Source of the DNA: Clostridia bacterium | Lineage (GTDB): Bacteria; Bacillota; Clostridia; Christensenellales; UBA1242 | Direction of reading: 5' to 3' | Length of the DNA: 39,986 bases | NCBI GenBank assembly: GCA_045588795.1 | Contig: JAZNEY010000024.1 | Location: 1-39,986, forward strand | Shown here: in pieces, positions 1 to 15,000 of the stretch | Layout of the letters: the number at the start of each line of letters is the position of its first letter | Numbering within the stretch: position 1 is the stretch's first letter | Position numbers and translations under genes: made by a program | The notes under the pieces: generated by a model | Told to the model about the DNA's origin: nothing | What the model saw: only the letters and a program-made list of their open reading frames with translations | Databases searched by the model: none

Positions 1-1
1 T

Positions 2-3000
2 GATGGAGATGGACACGCAGAGCCTGTATACTTCAACCCAGCAGATGGAAAGTTCTACGCAAAACGCACAGTTGACAAGTCATACATCTACGAGGCAGAC
101 ACAAAAGCCTTTACAGAGGTTGTGGAAATTGGTGGCGAGTATTACCTAGCAAACGAGAAAGACTACTATTCATATATAGGAAAAGAAACAGTATATTTAT
201 ATAAGAATGAATTATATACAAACTCAGCATCAAAAATCCAAGCATTCATTGACAACAATCTAGTGCTAACAGCATCAGCGATATACAACTTTGCACTTTA
301 CAATGGAGTATATTTCAGAGAAAGCAGAACAGAAAACGACACATTCGGGCTTACAATTGCAGACAAGTGGAATCCAGAAATTTCACTAGTTCAAAAGATT
401 GACCCATCAACTGGTGAGCCTCAAGTAGACGATAATGGCGACCCAGTATATGAAGAGCAAATAACATATGAAGATATCAACATTGAAGCATTATTTATGT
501 TATTTGACCAAGATGGAAATATAAGAGGCGACATAGCCTACTGGTTTGATGAAAAAGGAGCTCTAGCTGAAAAGGTTACCGTACTTATTGCAAGAGACAT
601 AGCGACAGAGGAAAAGTACAGAATAATAACAAGCGAGGCAGACATCAAGAAAGACTCAGAGGGTAACCCACTTGAAACAGTTCAGTCAGTTGAAATTGAA
701 CTTGCAGGGCTTGTATTTGACCCAACCTATCACGGAACAAAGAATGTATTTACAGATGACAAGCACACAGTAATAATTTCAAAACTTGCTCAATACTTTG
801 AAAGCGACAAACTTGCAGACTGGAACGAAACCGAGTTTACAGGAGATGAAAAAGACTACATCAACCTATACGAAAAAAGCGACAGCGAGTTATATGAAGT
901 CAAGGCAAACTTCCACGCAAACGAATTACTTGATATGCCAACATCAATCAACTACTTAGTTGCAGATGTAATAATTACGACCTATGACAACTTAAAATAC
1001 AACCTAGACAATGTGGCTAGCCCTGGCGAATATGACATTTGCCTAAGATATATCTATGACGCAGAAATTCAAAGATATGAATATCTTGGTGCACTTGGAA
1101 TTGAAACAGCAATGTTCTATGAAGTTGATGGCAGATATTACAGAATAACAGATGAAATTGGCGAAGAACACTTCTACGACCTAATTGTTGAAAGGACATA
1201 TGTAACAGATATTAAAGATGCACTTGGCGAGAATTACAGACTAATTGAACGCGAGGCAGTTCAATATGTATTTGACACTACCCCACTTGACCCTGTAACA
1301 TCAAGCGAGTTCTATCACTTATACACTGGAAAAATTGCTCAATACATTTACACAGAAAAATATAATGGAGCAGTTGTTCTTGGACAGAACTTAAAGAATG
1401 AATATATTTATTCATTAGAGATTGAGGGCTTGAAACTAACAAGCACGGGCTTTACAGAAGTTCCAACTCCAATCTATTACGCATATGAAGAACTTGACTT
1501 AACTGGTGCAAATGTAATAATCCGTACAAATTACGATTATGCAAACGCTAAAAAACTTTCATTTGATGAAACAAAAACCATTCTTCCATACTTCACAGCA
1601 GATGACCAAAGCACAAATTACGACGCAAGCAACACAACCGAGAAAGTTGTATACGACAGCGAGGGCAATGCAAGAGGTGTCGAGGGACTTACAAAGGTTT
1701 ACACATTCACAAACCCAATCAACCTACAAAAGATAGTTGTTTCTAAGGGCTCTGGGAATGTAACACTTGAAAAAGTTGTAACCTACAACAATGTAAATCT
1801 TTTAACATCATCTAATATGATAAGTGATGTTGAGATTGAGATTGCATACTACTATGCAAGTGGCTACAAAAAGAGTGGCATAGACATTTACAACTACCTA
1901 AGCACAGATGGCGACTTCTACTTCTACATAGTTGATGAAACGCTTGGCGGAGTTTACATCAAGAGTTCTGGAAAGATGTCAAATGTAAGTGGCACCGACA
2001 TATACGCATATGACTACCTATCACTTGTTGAGACCTCTTACCTAGATGAGAGCACCAACCGAGTATATTACGCAAAGGTATTTGTTGAGAAAGATGGTAA
2101 ATACCTAACGACAACAACAGCAATCACAGCCAACTTTGGAAAACTATATTATGGCTTTGCAGATGATGGAGTAGAAAGACTTGCACTTACAACCGACACA
2201 AAAACAAGAACATACTCATCATCAGGCTACATAAGAACAGCACACGCAAGCAACTCCGGTCAACAAGTAGACTTGCTTGGAAAGAGCATAATGACAAGCA
2301 CAACTCCAATCATCTACCCAAGTTTCCTAGCAGTTGCAAGCGTAACAAACCAAAGTTCAACCGACAAAGGCTTTATCTACGACAAGTCAACATATTACCA
2401 AATAGATTACAGCAGTAAAGAAATCACCAAGTACGGTTTACCGGGTGTAAAGGTACTTGATGGAGCACCTTACCCTAACACAGTTATTTCATTCAGTGTA
2501 AGACACAAGATACACGACCAAAGTGTTGTATACCTAGCACTTGAGATTGAAAAGGTATTCAGTGTAGAACTTGCGAACTATGTACAAATGAAAGACGGAA
2601 CAAACATTTCGCTCGAACATCAAACATACGCATTCAAAGACACTGAAACGAACATTGACTTAAACAACTACCCAGATGAAGTAATAGCAATAACAAACAA
2701 ACTTACATCTGAAAGTTTGTACTCATCAGACAAGTACAACCTCGCATCAAGTTCATTTGCAAAACCAAACTACTTACCAAACACCGGCGAAGTTATACTT
2801 TCAAGCAGAGATGTTGCAACAATAATGACATATGAATATGTAGACTACGAGAACAACCAATTAAAATCTGATTACACAGATATAAATTACATTTCAGACT
2901 ACCTATTCTATGACACACCAATGGTATTAATTGGCGACAGTTCTCAAAAGATGGGAGCAATCGGAACGGGTGCAAAGGTTTACGCAAAGCGAACAAACGC

Positions 3001-6000
3001 TCACGACTATTCAATCACAGTTGATAGCGCGACATATTACTATGAGGCAGATGACACCGCATCAATCTTCTACTTGCACTACGCTACCCCATTCTCATCA
3101 ATTCCAACAAATGCAAACCCATACGATTACACAAAGGTACTTGCATATGATGAGAACGGACAACAAAGTGCGACCTACTACTTTGAAAAGGTGAAGATAA
3201 CAAATTCAGCGGGAGACATCATTTACAAGAACGGAAACACTTCCGCACCATACTACTTATACACAAACGACATCACCTCGAACTTTATGCCATACGCATT
3301 TGATGAGACTTGGTCAAACAACACCAGCGACCCATACAGTGTTCGTGAAAGAATGTTAGCACTCAAAAACGGAAACGATAAGATTGTTGACAGATTAATA
3401 GCATCACACTTCAGATATAATGTAATAGATGGCTGTTGGTACGAAGTTGTATACGACATTTACAAAAATGCAACACTTAGAAATGACTACAACTACTGGA
3501 CAAGTGATTACAACAAGATTGAAAATGCCGGAACGATTGATATGCACACATACATACTTCAAGCAGATGGCTCACTAGTATTAACAAGTGAATGTACAAT
3601 CGACCAAATATGTAACGACCTATATTATGAGGACAACGCAGTAACAGAGTATGGCGAATTAATCATCTCTGGAACAACAAGTGCATACCGAACAACGATA
3701 TCATCAGTAAGCGACAAGGCAAAGAGTTATCAAGGATATTACAGAGCACTTCCATACAACATAAAGAACGCATATCTTGCAGACAGCAGTTACTTTATGA
3801 TAGGAGTTGAAGAAGTAATACTCGTAACAAACCCAACAATCACAATCACTGATGGCTTAAATTCAGTTATATACAGATTTAAAGAATGGCAAGCATTCAC
3901 AAGATACAACAGCGAAGTAATGTATAAAAACAGCGAAGTAACTTTTGAAAACGCAAACAATGCGACATTCAAGTTCACAAGCGACCTTGCAAAATATTAT
4001 GTATTCTTCCCTGTTTACGAAAGAGTCTACTCAGTAACACTAGAAAGCAGAGTTATTGATGGAGAATCTAACCAAGGTGGAACAATCACCACATACTATA
4101 AAGATGGAAAGAGAGTTGAGGGCGACAATCAAAAGATTGAGAACTCATCAAGCGACATTCACTTTATAGAGTACTCTTCAACAGGTAAAACTGAAAGTGC
4201 AGATGGAAAGACAAACCTAACCTACACATATGAAGAGATGGACATTGACAACTATATATTCACAACAGAATACCAAGCATTTGAAGTTGTGATTGATGAA
4301 AACACCGACCAAACGGTAGCACTTCCACTTTATGTATCAACAACAGAGGGTGCATTAAATGGCAGGGGCTATATGTCAGGAAAGGTACACTCATCAGCAT
4401 ACGCAGGTCCATTGTTTGCGGGAATTGCAGGTGGAACATCTTATGTATATAAATATGTATATAATAATGTTACAAAGCAATACTCACTTCAAAAGGTTAC
4501 AGATGCAAGCACAATTTCAAGCACGCTATATGATAAGATTTATTCAAACAACACCTATGTTAAAAGCACAGTTGACGCTGATACTACTGTTCCATATATG
4601 ATTGAACAAGCGATTGGTGCAAGCGACTTAAAAGTCGGCTACACCGATTTAGAGTATGGCGAAGAGGTTACAATCTTCAACATTCCGGGAGTTAACTACG
4701 GAGTAACCAAAGCAGGTACTAATAATGATTACCAATATTATTTATATTCATTATCTGAAATAGGTGCAAGCAAAGAGTTATTACCAATCAACTACTCAAA
4801 CGGAAGATACTTCTTCGTACTTGACAAAGATGGTAATTACCTAAGCGTAGACACAATAGTAAATGACTTTATTGAAAGAAACCCAGAATCATACAGCAAA
4901 CTTGCAATACTTTACGATATAAGTCAATACTCATCTGATGGAAAGATTGATGAGAAATATCTAACCTACTACGACAAGACAATGAGACAACCAACATTTA
5001 CATCAACCGCTCAACTATTCTCATTTGCACTAACACTTTACAGAGAGGGTTATGAGGGAATCCGCGATATCCTTGCTCCAATGTTTAAAGACCTTGAAAG
5101 TGCAGATGGTCCAGAATATTTCGTATACTATATGAACCCAGTTAACTACTTGTTCGAAAGCGGATATTCAAACGCACAAATCACACACAGTTCTGCAAAA
5201 CTTAACAGAACAACAAGTGCAAACATTGTAAGATTAAATCTAGACAGCAAAGATGAAGAGTTCATTCAACAACTTTACACAACAAAGAAAATCTCAATGT
5301 CAACAAACACCTCACTAATGAGTGCAATCAAGACAGGCATTTACTTTGATGTATATTCAGTTGATGACAATGCTCCAAATCTTTACATCACACACACATC
5401 AACCGGCAGACGCCACACCTACACAAAGGTTAACGCAATTGACCTAAAGGGCGGTAGTGCAATCCTATTCTACTCAGCAAGTGCAAACAGATATGTAATA
5501 AATGCAGGAACAGAAGTTACCGGTCTTGAACTTGCCGGCAACCTATTGAAAGCAAGAACAATCAACGGTGAAACCTACTACTTCTACATCACAACAACAA
5601 GCACAAGCCTAACCCTAACCAAACAAGCAGATGGCGACAACTTCGCAAGAGAGATTGTTCAAAAAGCGAACTATGTTGGAATTGAGGGCAACGACAGTAA
5701 AAGTGGCGAGTGGTATGTTTCAGCAGACACATATTACAGTGGAATGGACAATGTTTCACTCAACCAAAACTTCGACAGACACACAATCATTCAGTTGCAA
5801 GCAGTAGCAGATGATGGATACAGATTCGAGGGCTGGTATTTCGCTCAATACAACGAAGCGACTGATGAATTTGTAATCACCGAAAGAGTTGGCGGAACCA
5901 ATGATGGATATGCTTATTTAGATGAAATCAAGCACCTTGAACTTGTTGGTGAAAATTATGTAACAGTTGAGGGTGTAGAGGGCTTTGGTCTTTCAGGCGA

Positions 6001-9000
6001 ATCGCAATACTTAAAAGACGCAAATGGCAGAGTTGAAACTTTACCAGAAGCACTTGAAAACCTATACGCCGGAAAATTTATCACATATGCAGTCGTAAAT
6101 GGTACAAGAAAAAATGTTACATACGACTCAGCAAAACTTCAATATCTAGATGATAGGGGCAATGTCATAAAAGCAAGTGCCCCAAGTGATGACACTGATG
6201 AAATCAAGATTTATTCGCGTCAAGTATTTGAGGGTAATGATGGAAATTATTATTACGATTACAACCTAACATTCCAAGTTCCAACAGAACTTATAAAGTT
6301 CATTGATGACAATGAATACACCCTATTCTCTCAAACACAATTTGAGTTAGAGTCAAACGCAACAAACCTTGTATACAAATATGAAGAAACCAATGGCAAC
6401 AAATACTATTACCAAGATATGAATGGCACAGATAACGACCCATTTATGGTGAACTCAAAAGGCGAATATGTTTCAATGCTTAACACAAGCGGAGATGCAC
6501 TAAACTACAACTCATATGTTGGAACAGTTACATCAAACAACATTGTTTCATCACTAACAAGCGCACTTCGACTTGAGGGCTCAATTGATTTAACAATTCA
6601 AAATCAATCAGACAACTTCACCATTAAGAAAGCGGGCGAACCAATTGCAAAACTTGGCATTGGAACAAAGCTTAACCCAATTTCATTTGGAGAAAATCCA
6701 AACGCAAAGGGACTATTATACTCAGGCGGAAAGTTATATCCAGCAGTACAAATCAACTACACATATAAAGACACTGGATATCTTGCAATGAGATTTGTCG
6801 TTACAGTAAGCGTTTCACCAAGCGGAGACATTAACTTCGCTATTACAACAAATTACTTTAACAACGAAGAGACAGGCACAAGCCTAACAATTTCAAACGA
6901 GAATGAACTTGAAACACTTCTAACGCTAATTAACACAAAGGGCGAAGCAAAATACCTTGAAGAATTTAGCGGTATGACAGTTCAATCAAACATAAATGCA
7001 CTTTCTGCAAGGGGCGGAGAAAATCCGGGCGGAAACAATTATGTATATGATTTCCATTACAGCGTTTCAAAAGCACAAATCAGTGCAAGCGGAAGTTCGT
7101 ACAATTACATTGTAAGTTACTACCACGAAATGCTTAACCCATTTGGAACACTTACAAGCAAGGTTTCGGTATTTGAAAATGTAACGGGCCTCACAACATT
7201 CACAGTTTACGAAAGCACACCAATAAGCCTTGAATACAAATATGCAAGAACACCAAGCAATATGATGGACGCTACTGGAATGGGTGCATTCAGCAGTCTT
7301 ATGAAACCATACGGAGCGTTCTACACATTCACAACCGGAGGCTTTGATTTAAAAGAACTCGGCATTAAACAACTTGATTCAACGGGTAACGAGTCAACCA
7401 CCTCACTTACAACATTGTATTACAGACTTGCAGATGACACATTCTATTACCTAGATTACGCAGTTGATGTAACAACCGGAAGTACAACATTAAAACTAAC
7501 CGCACTTAATATGGGTGAAGAGTTCACAACTGAGCAAGCACAAAATGGCGAGGCAATCTTCAACCTAAAAGCAACAGTAAACAAACTAAGCGAAGATGAC
7601 GCAGGTGAAAGGGTTTACTTGCACGAGGGCAGACTTTACAGGACCCGCGAAGATGGCGCATACACAGTCAAGGGCGACACATTAACAATCAACCAACTAC
7701 GCGAAAATGTATACATTGTTGCAAGATTTATCGAGAACTATTACACACTTGTATTTGCAGACCAAAACGAAAACAGCACAATCCACGTTGAGGATATGTA
7801 CTATTTCGACTACGAAAGCAACAACAACGCAACAATCTTAAATGCAGATGGCGTTAAGATTCAAAGCGCAAACAGTGTTGAAACAGTCAAGTTTGGAAAT
7901 ATCTCAATGGAATACTCAATCAAGGGTGAGATGATTCCAAAGACAGCAAACCAAAAACTTCCAGATGAAGATGGTGCACTGTATGAGTACTATGTAGCCT
8001 ACTACAAAAACGGACAAGATGGTAAAGATGCGGGCGAGCAACCTGAACAAGTTACCGTATACAGTTTAGAAAACAAGTACACAAACCCGAACTTTGACCC
8101 ATATTCAGCCAAGTTCTACACCTTGTACAGAGGAAGAATGTACGAAATCAAGGCTGGCGAAAGTGGAAAGAGAGACATAGCAAATTACGACTTTGGCTCA
8201 TACATATTCGAGCAGAAGTTCGCGACCGACCAAATCAAAACGCTAAGCAGTGCAATAATTGACTATGAGGGCACCGACTACTACGCATTTACAATCACCT
8301 ACCTCACCGAAGATGAGTTCCAAAACCTATCGCAAGGAAAGGGTGCAAAGACAAAGACCGCAACAATTTACTCAAGCGAGTCAAGTCTTGGAATTCAATA
8401 CGCAGACAACAACGGAGTCAGAGTTGGCTACTTAGTTGATGGAAACGGAGAAATGCTAACATCTGGACTTGGAGTTATGAGCGGAAGTGCAGGAGATGAG
8501 TTCAAGACATCAATTGAATGCCCAGTACTTGAGGGTGGCTATTACACATTACCGCTACCTAGCGGAAATGAGATTGCATACATAAGAAGTATTGAAAAGA
8601 CAGGCGGAGATTACAACACAGCAGATTACTCATATTTATCAGCATTAACACAAAAACTTAGCCTAAAGACAGATAAAGATGGAAATGTTGTTGATGTAAT
8701 AAATCCAAAGGATATGACAATTTCAATTTCAGATGGTACCGAAGCAAAGGTTGGCGGAAGCAAGTTATCTGTAAACTTTGTAAATCAAGGTATATACATT
8801 GATACAAACACAACACTCGTTATAATTGTAAGTTGTGATGCAAAGAGCAAAATTTCTGCAAGTTACACAACAAACCCATTCTACGAATTAACCCCACTAT
8901 TCTACCCATCAGAAGAGTTTGTCAGCAGAAACGCACAAAACTACAACACAGAGGACAAATATTATGAAAAATTATATTATGCATATCTCGTAACATTCAA

Positions 9001-12000
9001 CAGAAGTCTTGAAAACGAGTACAGCGAATATATGACGCAACAATCTCGTGGCGAAAGCATAATGTTTGACACAACCGAACTTGAAAGCGACACATTCAAG
9101 AACTTGTATCAATTGAATGATAAAGAACAATTCCTATCAGACTTTGGAACAAATGTACTTGAAGAGGACACAAGAACCGCAGAAATTCTCGGAATTGAAG
9201 ATAACATTTACACATTCTACAACTACTCACAATACACCGAGAAAACACTAGTTCGTGGCTACTCATACTACTCACAAGCAACTCGCTCATTCTACGAAGA
9301 AGTTTACGAGGGCGAAACATTCAAAGGCTACTATGCATACATACTTGGCGACAACTATGATTCAGAAAGCATAGTACACGGATTTAACGCATCAGAGTAC
9401 AACGCAAACTTATTAAATCACGAAATAAATCCATACTACACGATAGCCGGCAGGCCAATTTATATGTGCATTGGAAACAGTGATGGCTCGCCAGCGGGAG
9501 GACTTGAACAACTTGAAAGAATACTTCAAAGAGATTACGGTTTCACATTTGTAAAAGATTCATATACATTGATGGAGGTTTCAACAGACATTTATGCAAT
9601 GCACAAGAAACCTACCCCATCATCAATCAAGGTAACCGAGTCAACACTAAACGAGTATTCAATAATCGCACAACAATTCTTGTACTTTATGGATACAACA
9701 ATGTCAGATATATCAATAGCGTCAATCAGAGCTGAACTTGATGTATATGGCGGAGACGGAGACAGGTATTATGAAAAATACCTAAGCCGTGAACTGGCAC
9801 TAAACGGTGAAAACAGTACCGACAAGACAGTTTACACAGGTGTCAACGGAGTTCTATCTAAGCTGTACAACGAATACCTAACCCGAAGAAACTCATATGA
9901 AACGAACGGAGACAAAACCGTACTTGAAAGTTACATTTTAAATGTTGTGAATAACCTAATTTCACTAACACACGGAGGAAGTTATTCAGACGCAAAAGAA
10001 GCAGTTAAATTCTTATTTGCAAGTTATTATGATGAGGTAAGTGCTTCTTACACTGGCGAGGGCTTGTTCTATCATTACATTGACAACGAAAAAATGCCAG
10101 AGGGCTCAACAAACCTATTAAATGTTGCACCTTACCTATTATCATTACAAACTGCAACAGCAGATGATGAAAAAGAAATCTTCCTATCTGCTTGCGACAT
10201 CTTATTTGACTTTACAATATACAGAATAGTTGAACTTGCACATACCTACTTTGGAAACGCAAGACTTGTAATAAACGAAGATTGGAAAGCAGAGATTGAA
10301 TCAGAGGAAGATTACTTGCAATTATATGAACTAGACACAATGAGTATTTTCTACAATGATGGAGCAACTGGTTCAAAGACAGAAATCACATTCAACGCAT
10401 TACTTGGCTATGCTCAATCATATTTAAAGGAAGCAAAATACGGATACGAGAAATTCACCCAAATTGCAAAAGACTTAGGTCTAACCGCTGAGGAACTTTC
10501 AGCAAGTATGACTCGCAACCCTGCCTCATTCAAGATTTTGTACAATCAAATGACAGAAAACTTGAAGAGATTGTATTTCAGAAACAAATACCAAAACAAC
10601 AACTGGGATACAACCCACGCACTAGACTTAATGAGAAACTACTTGCAGTGTTACAACGATTACAACGAATTAATCGGCAAACTTCAATATATAAGCGAAA
10701 AGAACTTCTCGCAATCGGGAGCATTAAATATCTTAAGATTCAGTTCAATAGTTGTTTACGCTCTTGATTTACAAGCCTCAATTCTAAATTACAACGAGGG
10801 CAAAGCAGATGATGATTCAACACCAGAAAACGAATATGTTGAGGGCTTCTACGAGACCCTATCACCATACGAGTTTGTTGAAGATGATGGCGACCCAAGC
10901 ACAATTGAAGCAGAGAGCGAGAACTTCATTAAACTTTATGAATTCTTTGCAGGTGTCGGCAGAGACGACATCACAGTGCTTGACACTGACGCAGATGTTG
11001 AAGCAAAAGACCTACAAAGATGGTACAAAGACTACGGTGATGATTTGACATCATTCTATGCTGGAACGGGCTTACACGAAGAAAGCCTAGAAGCAAAAGC
11101 GTACATTGAATATTTAAGAATATACAATAAATTCAAAGACAACATTGAAGATTTAAGTTACTACTACACACTTGATGAAAACAAGTTATATGCACCAACC
11201 GGCCAATACAAAACAATGACAATTGCAATTGACACACTAATGACAGTCAAAGCAAGAGCACTTGATGGAGTTGGAGCAAAGAACAATGAGTTTACTGCAA
11301 TTCAAGATGAAGATTACACAACAGTAAAACTTGCAGATGGAAACATCTACAACATAAGATTTGCTGGTTGGTATTATTCAAACCAAGCAAACACATCAAT
11401 CTCATCAGACTTTGAAAATATGACCCTACTTACAACCGACTATCAATCAGGCTTAATTGCAATGCAAAACAACACAACAATGATAGCAGTTTACAGAACA
11501 TTCGAGTACTGGTCATTCACATATAACCCAAGTGAAGTAAGAGTAAGAATCAACCAAACACACGACTCATTTGGAAATCCTCTAACCTACTCAACAGACA
11601 GCGTAACTGGAAACATTACAATTTCAGGATACTTTGATACAGGTACAAACATTGATGCAACTGTTACCCCACTTGCTGGAAAGGCATTTACATCAATTGA
11701 AAACAACTACCACAAAGTAAAAGCATTTAATGAGGCAGGAGATGAAGTTGAACTAGATAGTTTAGACGCAGTAAGATATGAATATGCTTCAAGCACTGAC
11801 CCACTTAATGCAATGCTAGTTGGAACAACAATTGAGACAAACACAAAGAGTGAAATCAACAATGCAATTGCAACAAGAACACTTCGAATGATGGTATCAT
11901 CAAAGACTTGGGAATTTGACCCATCAACACTTGAAGCAAGTGCAAAAGATATTAACTCATTTGTACTCAAAGCAGAGGAAGCAAAACTCGTAGTATTCAA

Positions 12001-15000
12001 AATCTACGGTTCAATAAGTGCTGACAAAGATGGCAACTATGTTGATGTATTCAATTACACAATCAACTGGTGGAAGAATTCAGACCCAACAAATATGAAT
12101 CTAATCACAGTTGACAAAACAGGTGCAAGCAACTTTGACCCAGAACTTTACATTGAAGAACTATTCGACCAAGAGGGAAATGTAATTGGTTCAAGATATC
12201 TTGGTGTTGATGAATTTATGCAACCAATCCAAATTGCATATGCAACAGAGACAAGCCCACTTCACTATTACATCTTTGGATACTTCAAAGAGGACACAAC
12301 AGTGTCAATATCTACCTCATCAGACAAGGGAACAGAGTTTTTAGATGCTTGGTATGTAGATGGCGAAGAAGAAAAGACTGCACAAGATGAAAACGGAAAC
12401 ACAATCATCAAGGTAACAACTGATGACCTAGCCCACCTAGCAGTTGGTTATTACGACAAACAAAGAGTTGACTTACAAGTTAACACAGTAATAATGAATG
12501 GCACATATGACGGAAGTGAGGGAAAGACCCCATTTGAATTTGGAACAGAAATTCCAGCATACAAAACATTACTTGATGATTTACTTGATGGAATTATGGA
12601 AGATTCAAACGGAATTGCCCTAAACTACGGAAAAGATGGAGCAAGATATGTTAACGGACAAAAAGCAGATGATGTTGGAAACACATTAATGCTTAAATAC
12701 TACGGATTTGATAGCACAGTGAAAGACAACTATGTACCAAACGCTTCAGGCTATCCAACATATCAATACAATTCACTATCCGAGTTTACAATAGTTACTC
12801 CAGAATATGTATACACAGATATGTACACATACAAATTTGTTGGTTGGTACAGCGTATCAAGCGGAAAATCAACTTTGGTTGCAACAACGAATGTGGTTGA
12901 CACACTAAAAGTTGATGGAAAACTTAGACTTGACGCAGTATACGAGATACTTCCAAAAGTTGACCTAGTAACAGACACAGCGAACTCTAACCTATCAGTT
13001 GAGACAGGCAACCCAGCCGGAATTTACGACTTCTTATACGGAAGAATTCCAGTAGGTGCTGAGTCAACAATCAGAGGCAACGCACAAACTGGCAGACAAC
13101 TAAAAGAAGTTATCTTCCACTATACAAACGCAAAAGGCGAGCAAACACTTGTACTTGATATGAACACATTGACCCGTGAAAATTGGGTAAGACTATTCCC
13201 TATTTACAAAGATGGAAAAATCACAACCCAAATTACTTGGCAAGAAACTGAGGACAATGGCAGGTCAACATACGAAACGACAACGAACCTTGAAAATCTA
13301 ACCAAGATAGAAATCACAACGGTACAAAACGCAAATGTGAACTTAGCATTCTCAGTTTACCAAACAGAGTTCTACGATAAACTACTTGCGACCAACACAA
13401 TTGATATGTCAAACCTACCATATATGAAGAATGATGCAAGTGATGAAGATTCATATTTATTATCAAAACGAGATAAATTTGAAATGTTCGCAGAGTATCA
13501 AAAATTCTATGTTGAAGATTTGACAAAAGATGAAAAGACTGGCATTTACAGATTTAACAAAAATCTCGCAAATCAAGGCTTTACAATTTCTGCTCCAATG
13601 GTAACATTCGAGGGCAAGACAACAAGATTTATTGGTTGGTATGTAGATGGAAAACTTGTTTCAACAGATGTAAGCTATTTTGCATACTATTCAAACGAAA
13701 CAAACAAATTCCCACAAACAAAGGTTAACGCAGGCGAGGACATCTTAATTGAGGCAAGATTCAGCGTAAGCCCAACCGCAAGTATTCTTCAAGATGAGGG
13801 CGAGGAAAACTCAGGATTCACCGTTCTTCAAATAATTGATGGAGACCCAGCAGTACTACTTCAACCATTCGCATCAAGCGAAGAACTCACAAGTGTATTA
13901 CTTGCAAACTTTGGTAAATATCAACCAGAAGTTTACACAACATTCAACGGTGTCAAAGTTAACACCCCATCAGGATTTTATAATCTAGTTGGACTTGATG
14001 GCGACAGCGAGAAGTTATATGCAACTTCTGAGGGCGAGTTAAGACCAACAGCGTTCTATGTATATGATGAAGTACTTGGTATGCTTACAGAGTTAGAAGT
14101 CAAGAGAGATAGAACACGCAGATACACAGTAATCCCATTTGCAGACTTTGCCGGAAAGACGGTAGTAGTTAACTACTCAACAGCAAGTATGGATGACCTA
14201 GGTGTTAACTTCACAGTAATGCAAACATACAACGGAACACTTACAAGAACAAGCAGTGCTGGAAACATAACTGCAACAATCTCACTGATGACAAACAGCC
14301 CAAGCGGAATGAATGTTTCAGCGACAAACAACATCTTGCAAGCAGACCTAGTAGATGGCAAACTTGAAATGTGCAGTACAACATTCCCATACGCAGAATT
14401 CTCAACAGGCGAGGCAAGTGAAGTTACACTTGAACTAGATAAACTTCAAGCGAACTTTGCTGGTTGGTATGTAAATGGAGAGTTTATCGGAAATGCACAA
14501 ACGGTAAAATTCAACCCAGACAATGGCGATATAATTGAAGCAAGGTATTACTCACAAACAAGAGTATTTGCATTTGAGGCAATCACAACAAGTTATGTAA
14601 ACGGTAAATTCGTTACAATGCGAGAATCGACAAACTTGGTAGCACTTGTTACAAACGGAAACACAGCAAGTTCAACAATTGACAATGCAACGGTTTCAGG
14701 AGCAGGCGTACCAACATCACCATACTACATTTATTCAAGCAGAAATGGCTTGATTGACCGAGTTGAAGCACTTGGAAGCACTCAAATCAGATTGTACGCA
14801 AAATCAGAACTATCAGGCGGTGCATTTGTACTTCGTGGATTCTACTACGAAACAGCAAGCGGACAACAAGTACAAATCAAATCAACACTTGAAACTGGAA
14901 GCTCATATGTTGGTGAAATCAACTTCAAATCATCAGATATCCCAGAGGGCGTTACAAAAATCTATGCACACTATGGTGCATCAACCAAGTTAACGGTTGA

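Noticed and set aside
122-124. GTG given by the ORF track as the start of the giant ORF
   Set aside because: The frame is open for 40 further sense codons back to nt 2 with identical amino-acid character. The only purine-rich stretch (AGAGG) ends 2 nt before the GTG, too close for a Shine-Dalgarno site. This is an ORF-calling artefact at a window edge.
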